Below, in pieces: positions 45,867 to 53,632 of a stretch of DNA of 64,000 nt. A program made the position numbers and the translations under genes. The DNA lies in the IMG/VR virus record IMGVR_UViG_3300021185_002348, positions 3,918 to 67,917 of that record; one strand, written 5' to 3'. Below the pieces are notes generated by a model. It was not told where the DNA came from. It did no database searches and saw only the letters and a list, made by a program, of their open reading frames with translations. The first letter of the stretch is position 1. Each line of letters begins with the position of its first letter. Source of the DNA: a virus.

Positions 45867-47944
45867 CGCTTAATTATTTTATTACTTTTGTTATAAGCTC
45901 TTACGAAAGGCTCAAACTTAATAACTTCTTTTTTCTTTTTAATTCTTTTTGTTGTTGCTATTAATGCTAAAGCTGAAGCAATTGCTGCATCATACTTTGT
46001 TCTATTGTCAATTTCAAACACACTCCAATCTTTTAATAGGGCATTTAAATAGCATTTACCCATTGTTCCGTCTTGTTGGTAGCCAACGTGATCGTGAATA
46101 TAAGCTTCAATTAAATCTCCCATTAAATTAATAACTTCCGCACTAGCTGTTGGTATGCCTGGAGTAACCTTTTTATTGGCTGAAGGCAACTTACTATAAG
46201 TGTATTCCGGGCGAGCCATTAAATAGCCACCAAATCCGTTATCACGAAAGTAGTTAATAATTCCGACTTTATTGTTTTCAATTAATATTTCTGCGCCATA
46301 GAACACACAAGCTTTTAAAACGTCTTCATAAAAAATAGCTGCTTTAGGAGGCCTATTAATGTACTCCAAACAAAAAACCTCATTAATTTCAGCAAATGGA
46401 TTAAATTTTTTATATATATATAAAGCGCCGTCTGATCTACGCCCATCAACTGTGTAATCATGGTCAAAAGGATCGCATCCCCCCACGTAATCAATTCCGT
46501 TACCAGGGTATTTAACACCGCCTTTAACTGTAAAACTATTTCTTTCATCTTCAGTAGGCAGATAGCTGCATTTAAATTTACCATTTTTATTAGGTACCCA
46601 TCTAACTTTGTCTTTATTTTCCGGGTTTTCCCATACAAAGTTACCTGTAACTACTAGCTCAGGTCTGTCCTCATTGTAATCCATTTGTTGAAAGATCTTT
46701 TCAACGTCAAAGGTAGACCTGGAAGCATCTGCTCTAAAAGCTTCTTCTTCTGTAAACGGAAATTGTCTTTTAAATTCATTTAAATCAATGTTGTTTCCTT
46801 CTAAAGCTTTTCTTCTATTTGATAAATACTTTTTAGACCCTACTTCTATTTCAAATTCATCAATACCCATTATAGGCTTCTTTGGGGTTTCTATTACTGA
46901 ATACCCATATTTATCTATAAAGCCTTCTAAATTATCAAAAGCAGGTATAAATAAAGAATACAGCCCTGATACAGTTTGGCCGTTCTGATCTCTTTTAGTT
47001 ATATCGGAGTTCATATAAATGTCTTTGTACTCTTCACCCCCTGAGTCTTGAGCATTAGCCGTAGTACCCATCATGCATTTACCTACAATTTTTCTACCGA
47101 GTAATAAACAAGTTCTAGTTACTCGCCAGTTCTTTTTTATACTATTAGGCTTAGTCCATTTAGCACTTTCATCGTGTACAAGAAGCTTAAGTTTTTGGCC
47201 ATCGTATGAATTTGATGCTGTGTTTCTCCAATTTATTACCGAGTTTAAGGATTCATCAATAGACGCATACTTATATCTTTTAGTAATTTTTTGTGCAGGA
47301 GTTCTAAATGCTAACTCCATTCTCGGGTTTGAGCTACCATCTTGAATAGGCTTAAAAAACCATGGGTAATTTCTAAACATATACACGGCTTTATCTGTAA
47401 ATAAATCTTGTGCATCTTTACCTGTTTTTGAAAGTATACCAAGTACAGCATTTTCAGAGCTAGAAGCTATATTTACTATTTCACTTGCAGAGCAATAGCT
47501 AAACCCGCTACGTCTGTTTTTTAAATAGCAAACTCCATAACATCTGTAATCTACTTTACAAGCTTCCCAAAAAAGAAATAAACGACGATTAGCGTCTCTG
47601 TACTCTGGATAGCCTACATCTATGCGAGACCATTGCACGTACATATACTGAGAGCCAGTTATATAAGTAGGCTTACCGTTGTTTAAAAACCATATGCCTT
47701 CTCTTCTTTTTCTAAACTCTTCTACAATATAGTCTTCAAAGTCTGCAGCGTTATCTCTAGTGCACATTTTATGCAACTCCGCGCGCCTCCAATATTGCTC
47801 TTTTTTCCCTAAGTTGTGGTAAAGCATTTTAGACTTAGGCGGTTGCTTAGGTAATCCTATTTTTAGGCCTTGAATTTCTTCAACTTTGCCTCTTGTTCCA
47901 TTGGGGCAAATCCAAACAACATCTGTTTTTTTGTCGTATGCCAT
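45863..47944 (-). CDS. terL: Terminase large subunit
   Basis: LKNRRSGFS Walker A, LVHDE Walker B, GCDP.D, ENNK, KYDA.I RNase H-like nuclease. Confidence 0.93.
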   Translation of the reverse strand: MAYDKKTDVVWICPNGTRGKVEEIQGLKIGLPKQPPKSKMLYHNLGKKEQYWRRAELHKMCTRDNAADFEDYIVEEFRKRREGIWFLNNGKPTYITGSQYMYVQWSRIDVGYPEYRDANRRLFLFWEACKVDYRCYGVCYLKNRRSGFSYCSASEIVNIASSSENAVLGILSKTGKDAQDLFTDKAVYMFRNYPWFFKPIQDGSSNPRMELAFRTPAQKITKRYKYASIDESLNSVINWRNTASNSYDGQKLKLLVHDESAKWTKPNSIKKNWRVTRTCLLLGRKIVGKCMMGTTANAQDSGGEEYKDIYMNSDITKRDQNGQTVSGLYSLFIPAFDNLEGFIDKYGYSVIETPKKPIMGIDEFEIEVGSKKYLSNRRKALEGNNIDLNEFKRQFPFTEEEAFRADASRSTFDVEKIFQQMDYNEDRPELVVTGNFVWENPENKDKVRWVPNKNGKFKCSYLPTEDERNSFTVKGGVKYPGNGIDYVGGCDPFDHDYTVDGRRSDGALYIYKKFNPFAEINEVFCLEYINRPPKAAIFYEDVLKACVFYGAEILIENNKVGIINYFRDNGFGGYLMARPEYTYSKLPSANKKVTPGIPTASAEVINLMGDLIEAYIHDHVGYQQDGTMGKCYLNALLKDWSVFEIDNRTKYDAAIASALALIATTKRIKKKKEVIKFEPFVRAYNKSNKIIKR

Positions 47945-48252
47945 TATTTTTTAGAACTAGTTTTTGCCATTTTTTCTACAAACCCTTGCTGAAAATCTTT
48001 TTTACTGTTATTCATCTGATCTAAATAACTTTCATCGCTTGACAGCTGCTCTTCTATCTTTACAATGCCTTCTAAGATGTCTTGGGCGTCCATAAAAGCT
48101 TTCTTTTTACTGTCTAAGGCGTTTTTACGCTTTTCGTCTAAAACCTCATCAGATATAGGTTTTTCTACGTCACTGATTAAAGTGTCTATAGCCATTTTAC
48201 CCGCATCTATAAGCTTTTGTAAAGTTTCTGCTATATATAACTTATTATCCAT
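47944..48252 (-). CDS. Putative terminase small subunit
   Basis: 102-aa helical protein coupled directly upstream of terL. Confidence 0.5.
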   Translation of the reverse strand: MDNKLYIAETLQKLIDAGKMAIDTLISDVEKPISDEVLDEKRKNALDSKKKAFMDAQDILEGIVKIEEQLSSDESYLDQMNNSKKDFQQGFVEKMAKTSSKK

Positions 48253-48847
48253 TTACTATCGCGTATATAGATGACGTCCTAACTCTGTAATACATTTTGC
48301 CGTCTGGCATTTGCATATCGTAATCTACTCCCTTATCAAAAACTACAGTATCACCTAAGCTTCCGCCGTGATTAATAAAAGACTCGTCTGCGGCTACTAC
48401 AACTCCTTCGTTATTATCTTTTTCTTCTAGCTCTCCTGTAAATATACCGCTTTCAGTATGAATTTCTTTTTCTTCTTCTTTTTCTAATATACAGAAAGGG
48501 CCTACAGCCTTGCAAGAGTTGTTTTTATCAATAGCCATATACATCATAGAAGCCTCTGTAGCTACATATACCTCTTTGTCGTTGCCTATTTTTATTACTT
48601 TATTTTTAGCTGTGGCAAAATGGTGTAACAACACTGAGTCACCTACGTTTATATTAGGGTCCTGCAGACTTTTTTTCATAGGCAAAGCTACTACCTCCCC
48701 AACGGATTGCGCATTTTGTAGTTCATTATATGAATTATCCATATAAATCTCTTTGCCGTTTAAATATTTTTTTTTGAATAAGCCATCTACTTTTATTAGA
48801 TACTTATTAATCAGCTTGTTTGTGCCCTCAGGCAATTTTGTGCTCAT
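48245..48847 (-). CDS. GroES-like co-chaperonin (two tandem domains)
   Basis: GEVVA....I.VGD.V and GIF...EGVVVA...GD.V.F.......DGK.Y. Confidence 0.7.
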   Translation of the reverse strand: MSTKLPEGTNKLINKYLIKVDGLFKKKYLNGKEIYMDNSYNELQNAQSVGEVVALPMKKSLQDPNINVGDSVLLHHFATAKNKVIKIGNDKEVYVATEASMMYMAIDKNNSCKAVGPFCILEKEEEKEIHTESGIFTGELEEKDNNEGVVVAADESFINHGGSLGDTVVFDKGVDYDMQMPDGKMYYRVRTSSIYAIVNG

Positions 48848-49109
48848 AATTACTGGTTTTATTTAGATTATATTCAAATGCAATTGGCATATCTTGAAAG
48901 CTCTTCCACAGTATTTCAGAATCTTCTTTTGCCATAACTATATACAAATCTACTTTTAAGGTACCGTATTTTATCCAATGCCTTTCGTCGTATATAATGT
49001 TTGATAAAGTAAAATTACCACTTGGAGTTTTATATTTAGTGCCTATTACATAATGCATACCGCCCTTCATATCTGATCCAATAGTGATTTTTCTTATATT
49101 GTTATACAT
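48828..49109 (-). CDS. Conserved hypothetical protein
   Basis: IRKI.IG.D.K..MHY..G and WK.F..MP...EY. Confidence 0.7.
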   Translation of the reverse strand: MYNNIRKITIGSDMKGGMHYVIGTKYKTPSGNFTLSNIIYDERHWIKYGTLKVDLYIVMAKEDSEILWKSFQDMPIAFEYNLNKTSNYEHKIA

Positions 49110-49131
49110 AATTTTTTTTTAAATATACAAA

Positions 49132-49521
49132 TTACTTTTTTGACGATCCGCCAAAGAAAAAGTCAATTATAGTATTAACCTTACTAGACATAGCCCCAAA
49201 GACTGTACTAATAAAACCTATTTCGTAATCAGATAATTCTAAAGTATTCATTACAAAGTACTTAAACATTGTATACGATAAAAAGAAATAAGCTGCTGTA
49301 AAAATAATAGCAAGAATTTTTTGTATAATACTATCGTCGCTAAACATTGTGCGAGCACTTTTGCGGTCTTCTACCTCCAGCTTAAACACTTCTTGTTCAT
49401 GTTGTTGGCCTAACTGTTCTAACTTGTTTTTTAAAACTAGTCTTTCTTCATCAGTTGTAACGACCTCATCTATTATAGTAGAAGCCTGTCCTACTAAACT
49501 TTTTAGTATATTTTTAAACAT
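49132..49521 (-). CDS. Putative holin
   Basis: Two C-terminal transmembrane helices, DR.SAR and FFFGGS; adjacent to the endolysin. Confidence 0.7.
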   Translation of the reverse strand: MFKNILKSLVGQASTIIDEVVTTDEERLVLKNKLEQLGQQHEQEVFKLEVEDRKSARTMFSDDSIIQKILAIIFTAAYFFLSYTMFKYFVMNTLELSDYEIGFISTVFGAMSSKVNTIIDFFFGGSSKK

Positions 49522-49969
49522 CTGCGTATCTGTATTTAGTATCTCCGTCCTCGTTTTTATAGGCTTCGAGTACTTGTTTTCTATTATCTTTATCTTTTAA
49601 AGATATGTGTATCCAAGCAAAGTCAAACTCATTAATCATCTGGTCAAACTCTAGACCTGAATCTAAAACCCATTCATAGATAAGTTCGTTCATCATTTTC
49701 CCCTTCTGCCAAAACTGCAGGTCCAATGCCTGACCTTTGCAATGCTGCGAAGAACTACTGCCCCCAATAGCACGATTGAGCGACGGGTTACGATAACCAC
49801 TACTGATCCTGATAGGACCAATAGAGTCACGAAGAGGCTGTATAAGATTGTCAATAAGATGCTGCATATTCTGTAGGTGCGTTTCAGTCGGCTCATTATC
49901 TATCCCGAGTCTTTTAGCTGTGTTGCTGTGTGTTATTTCAGACAACGCGAAGTTTTTACTTAATTTCAT
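49514..49969 (-). CDS. Peptidase M15 family endolysin
   Basis: LS.NF.L.E, SGYR...LN..IGG...SQH..GQA.D, WIHIS. Confidence 0.9.
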   Translation of the reverse strand: MKLSKNFALSEITHSNTAKRLGIDNEPTETHLQNMQHLIDNLIQPLRDSIGPIRISSGYRNPSLNRAIGGSSSSQHCKGQALDLQFWQKGKMMNELIYEWVLDSGLEFDQMINEFDFAWIHISLKDKDNRKQVLEAYKNEDGDTKYRYADV

Positions 49970-50295
49970 TATTCAGTTTTTGCTTGTTTAATTTCTAAAT
50001 CTTTAACTACCTTTCGTAAATAATCCACCTCTTTTTGTAAGTAGCTTATTTTTAAATCCTGTTTAGCGTCATCAGGCAGAGCACCCATTTCACCTCTAGG
50101 CCATTTAACTCTAAACTCGTGGTTAAGCTCTACGTTGTCCTGCATACGTACTACATCTAACTGTAACTGAGAAATTTCCGCTCGCAATGTAAACCATATA
50201 CCTGCAAGAGACACTATACCAGCTACAATACCTATTAGACTTTTTACATCTAACTGTACTTTAGAGTTTTCGTTTATATCAATACTCTCTTCCAT
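49969..50295 (-). CDS. Single-TM coiled-coil membrane protein
   Basis: Hydrophobic helix ending WFTL.A.I; paralog of 51248..51526. Confidence 0.7.
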   Translation of the reverse strand: MEESIDINENSKVQLDVKSLIGIVAGIVSLAGIWFTLRAEISQLQLDVVRMQDNVELNHEFRVKWPRGEMGALPDDAKQDLKISYLQKEVDYLRKVVKDLEIKQAKTE

Positions 50296-50887
50296 CGAAG
50301 TATATCTTTTTACGAGTTATACCATCACTGGCTATATACACACCTTTAGTTGGCGTTACTACCCTACCTAATATATCATAGTATGTAGTAGGCATAAAAG
50401 GTTTATTATCAAGTTCTTGTACAGACAACCCAAATGCTTCAAGGTTTTGCTCAAAGTATGTAGAGTCTGTGCACCCACAGTCGTGTACTACAACACTAGC
50501 TGTAGGATGTTTATACTCTAAAGTAAGAGCACTATCTAAATCAGGATAATCTATTATATACATAACAGCTCCACCCCAAGCGTCACCATTAAAGTCACGC
50601 ATTAATACTCTGTATTGTTTAGGTAAATAAACAATTTGGTCTACTGTAGTAGTACCGTTAAATATTACTGTATCTAAGGCACAATTACCTACAGACCAAA
50701 ACATACCATCCATCATATCTGACTCTGTAACTACAATCTTTTTATAGTTATCAAAGTTTTGAGCTGTAGAATTAAAAGATAAAAATATAAAACCTACTAT
50801 GTACATAGTTACCATGAGAAACCAAAACATTATATACGCAACGCTTGATCTGTGAAATCTTTTTAGGTTTAATTTTAATTTGTTCAT
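50279..50887 (-). CDS. Secreted protein with T9SS C-terminal-domain-like tail
   Basis: Signal/TM ending STAQ; C-terminal YDILGR....KGVYI...G..KK. Confidence 0.6.
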   Translation of the reverse strand: MNKLKLNLKRFHRSSVAYIMFWFLMVTMYIVGFIFLSFNSTAQNFDNYKKIVVTESDMMDGMFWSVGNCALDTVIFNGTTTVDQIVYLPKQYRVLMRDFNGDAWGGAVMYIIDYPDLDSALTLEYKHPTASVVVHDCGCTDSTYFEQNLEAFGLSVQELDNKPFMPTTYYDILGRVVTPTKGVYIASDGITRKKIYFDGREY

Positions 50888-51255
50888 TACTGAAATTTAC
50901 TTAAGGTTATGTTGTCTATTGATTTCTGTACTTTCTTTTTAGTTGCAACAAGCTGCATCATTATATTAGGATTAAACCTTTCTTGTTCTACACCATTGTC
51001 AAATATTATAACTGTAGGTATAGCTGTTACTTTATACTTTTTTTGAACATCAGCTCCTTTAACTATACATAACCTGTATGACTCGCAATCTTTTAACGAT
51101 GGTAAAAAATCAACTTGATTACCTGCGTTCCACTCAGCCCAGAACTCAATTACTACTGTTCCTTTTGCAGTCTTAGACTCAAATGAGCTAGAATTAACAA
51201 ACTCTTGAGCTACAATAGTTATTGGCAGCAAAGATAAAATTAATAATTTATTCAT
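50887..51255 (-). CDS. Exported thioredoxin-fold protein lacking CxxC
   Basis: Signal peptide; VVIEFWAEWN in place of WCxxC; Y.V.AIPT.IIF.NG.E.ER. Confidence 0.75.
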   Translation of the reverse strand: MNKLLILSLLPITIVAQEFVNSSSFESKTAKGTVVIEFWAEWNAGNQVDFLPSLKDCESYRLCIVKGADVQKKYKVTAIPTVIIFDNGVEQERFNPNIMMQLVATKKKVQKSIDNITLSKFQ

Positions 51256-51526
51256 ATAACTTTTCTTTAATAGCCTTTAAGTCGTCCTTAATCTCTTTTA
51301 CATCTTCCTGTGTAGACATAATAGTTTGACGAATTAACTGATCTTTCATGTCAAACTCCATACGAGTTATCTCTGGGTCTTGTGGTTCAGGCAACAGTTT
51401 AGCTTCTGCTATATCTGCTTGAAGCGTAAACCACATGCCAACTAAGGCAAATATAAGAACTCCTATTCCCCCTAAAGTTTTTAAACTAATCTGTACTGCT
51501 GTGTCTTCACTAAGTTCTTTTGCCAT
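51248..51526 (-). CDS. Single-TM coiled-coil membrane protein
   Basis: Hydrophobic helix ending WFTLQADI..AK.LP; I.R.EFD.KD..IR. Confidence 0.7.
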   Translation of the reverse strand: MAKELSEDTAVQISLKTLGGIGVLIFALVGMWFTLQADIAEAKLLPEPQDPEITRMEFDMKDQLIRQTIMSTQEDVKEIKDDLKAIKEKLYE

Positions 51527-51529
51527 AGC

Positions 51530-52588
51530 TTAGAATATTAAATAATTTATACCGGTCTTTAATTCGTACGAAGGTACGCCCCAAAACTTTAAATGCTTAC
51601 CTTCTACAAATATACTAAAATGTCTGTTAAAATTAACGCCAAATATTAAACCTGTATCCCATTCTGATTGTGCGTTAACTCTTTCATAAGAAAACTCTGT
51701 TAAACCTCTGTGAGCGGGGTATAAAGAACCCCAAGCATGCAGCCAATAAGTATCTCTATACAAATAGTAATCTAATCCTAAAACTGCAGATACTTCTTGC
51801 TGAAGTCCTATATCTTTTAACACGCTTTCATTGTATTCAGTAACTAGCTCTCCAAAATGATACTTGTAAAACTCGTTATCACTAGAAGCTAACCACTCTA
51901 TTTCTCCAGCGTCTTCATCAAATCTTAACCAAACACCATCGTTAAACCTAAAATAGTTTTGGCTTATAGCAAAATCTTCCCACTCCATGTCTACATCTTC
52001 AATAGGATTAAATCCATAAACAGGATGAGAACGATGGGCTACGCCAAAAGTAAAGTCTAATCCACCAAAACTTTTGCGTAACCTAACCTCGCCCAAAGAA
52101 TACTTTAAATCTATTAATTCGTTATTAACATAGTTAGCTTTAGCTGTATACATGTTAGATATGTATCTTACATTGTATTCTTGTTGAGCTATTTCTAATC
52201 CATTGTTTCTTACAAAAGAATATTGGAATAGATACTCAAGTCCAGGTGCGTTAGATATTGTAGCATAGTCAGTTGCCTGATGTTCGTTACCTGTATAAAA
52301 ATTGTTTTGTTTAATTTGATAGTCGAATCTTGCTATCTTACGGATACCTAATGTAAAAATAACGTTAGGCGCGTATTGCGGTGTAAGTTCTATTAACTCC
52401 CCATCTACAAAGTTGGGTACAAAGTCGTAAGGATTGTCAGGCTCTGTACCTTGAACCATAAAACTAGGGGCTCCTATTTGTGGAGTGTTAGTAGTATAAC
52501 TAGCATAGAACGTAGCAAATCTTAAAAGGTTTAATTGAGCTACGCAACTAATCGGTATTAAACTAAAAAATAAAATTAGCCTCCACAT
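51530..52588 (-). CDS. Putative outer-membrane beta-barrel protein
   Basis: Signal MWRLILFFSLIPISCVAQ (ATG 52588 preferred); aromatic alternating strands; C-terminal GINYLIF. Confidence 0.7.
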   Translation of the reverse strand: MWRLILFFSLIPISCVAQLNLLRFATFYASYTTNTPQIGAPSFMVQGTEPDNPYDFVPNFVDGELIELTPQYAPNVIFTLGIRKIARFDYQIKQNNFYTGNEHQATDYATISNAPGLEYLFQYSFVRNNGLEIAQQEYNVRYISNMYTAKANYVNNELIDLKYSLGEVRLRKSFGGLDFTFGVAHRSHPVYGFNPIEDVDMEWEDFAISQNYFRFNDGVWLRFDEDAGEIEWLASSDNEFYKYHFGELVTEYNESVLKDIGLQQEVSAVLGLDYYLYRDTYWLHAWGSLYPAHRGLTEFSYERVNAQSEWDTGLIFGVNFNRHFSIFVEGKHLKFWGVPSYELKTGINYLIF

Positions 52589-52860
52589 CTGCATCTCCAT
52601 CTCTTAAGTGATTGATTAATTCTTGAATTAGGATTACGTTTAGCTTTACCTCCGGTGTTTTTTCTTTTCATCCCGCACATACGCGAACAAAAAGATTTTC
52701 TACGTTTAGCAGACTTACTACCTTTTTTTACACTACCTGTTACAGCCGTTTTAAGTTTACTTCCAGGGTTAGCTTTGCGATAAGCTTTTACACCTTTTGC
52801 AGTCATTCCAGCTCCTTTTTTTGTAGCTCTAAAATTACCTGATTTAATACTTGTTTTCAT
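52576..52860 (-). CDS. DUF6321-like basic phage protein
   Basis: GMTAKGVKAYR..NPGSKLKTAVTG..K.GSK.AKRRKSFC.RM. Confidence 0.75.
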   Translation of the reverse strand: MKTSIKSGNFRATKKGAGMTAKGVKAYRKANPGSKLKTAVTGSVKKGSKSAKRRKSFCSRMCGMKRKNTGGKAKRNPNSRINQSLKRWRCRCGG

Positions 52861-52862
52861 GA

Positions 52863-53126
52863 TTATTTCTTTTTACGCTTTGATCTTACTTTCTTTTTTC
52901 TTCTATATCTTGATACTCTACCTTTAGTATTTTTTTCTTTTTGGGCCTTTCTTTTTTCTGCCGGTGTGAGTTCGCTCCAAGTTAAAGGTGTATTTTTACT
53001 AATCCTTTTAGTGGGCCGAAAAGTATTCTCTCCTTTCTCATATCCTTTTTTACCCCTGGGAGTGCGCCATTTTTCTTTAAACCACCTTTTTAAATTTAAT
53101 CCGGCTTTAGTTTTCCTTACAGCCAT
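52863..53126 (-). CDS. DUF5872-like basic phage protein
   Basis: LKRWFKEKW, RP.KRIS..TP.T.SE. Confidence 0.7.
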   Translation of the reverse strand: MAVRKTKAGLNLKRWFKEKWRTPRGKKGYEKGENTFRPTKRISKNTPLTWSELTPAEKRKAQKEKNTKGRVSRYRRKKKVRSKRKKK

Positions 53127-53129
53127 AAC

Positions 53130-53273
53130 TTATTTTTTATTCTTTCTACATTTAGCAATAGCTCCTGACGCATAAGCGCTTGGGAATACTTTATACCTAG
53201 CTTTTACCGAATGATAACAAGCATCATGTAAAGGCTTAGTTTTTTTTGATTTTTTACGTTTTGTTTTAGCCAT
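53130..53273 (-). CDS. 47-aa basic phage protein (not in ORF track)
   Basis: DACYHSVKARYKVFPSAYASGAIAKCRK motif typical of marine phages. Confidence 0.75.
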   Translation of the reverse strand: MAKTKRKKSKKTKPLHDACYHSVKARYKVFPSAYASGAIAKCRKNKK

Positions 53274-53274
53274 T

Positions 53275-53628
53275 TTAATTTTCGTTTACTTTAAACTTCC
53301 CGTACATCCAAGTTTTTACGCTAGTTCCTTTTTCTAATATTATTCTATACTTATAGCTTCCTGGCAACATAGAAGTTTCCGCACTTGTTAAAAATATAGA
53401 GACTAAACCATTAGCTGGCGTTGAAAAAGAAATAGTAGAGCCCGAGCCTGTACTTGTATGATCAAATAAAGTTTCATTACCGTTATAAACATTTAACTTT
53501 ACAGTATACCCAGTTAGATCAAATGCATTAGAATTGCTGTCTTTTATACTTAAATTTATACTTGCACTGTTATTTTCTCTAATAACAAGGTCTATCTTTT
53601 GTGCTATGTCTGTATTTATTGTTGCCAT
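53275..53628 (-). CDS. BppU-like fibre adaptor domain, paralog 3
   Basis: D.A....I..R.N, DLTGY, G.Y.Y......G.F.V. Confidence 0.65.
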   Translation of the reverse strand: MATINTDIAQKIDLVIRENNSASINLSIKDSNSNAFDLTGYTVKLNVYNGNETLFDHTSTGSGSTISFSTPANGLVSIFLTSAETSMLPGSYKYRIILEKGTSVKTWMYGKFKVNEN

Positions 53629-53632
53629 GTTG

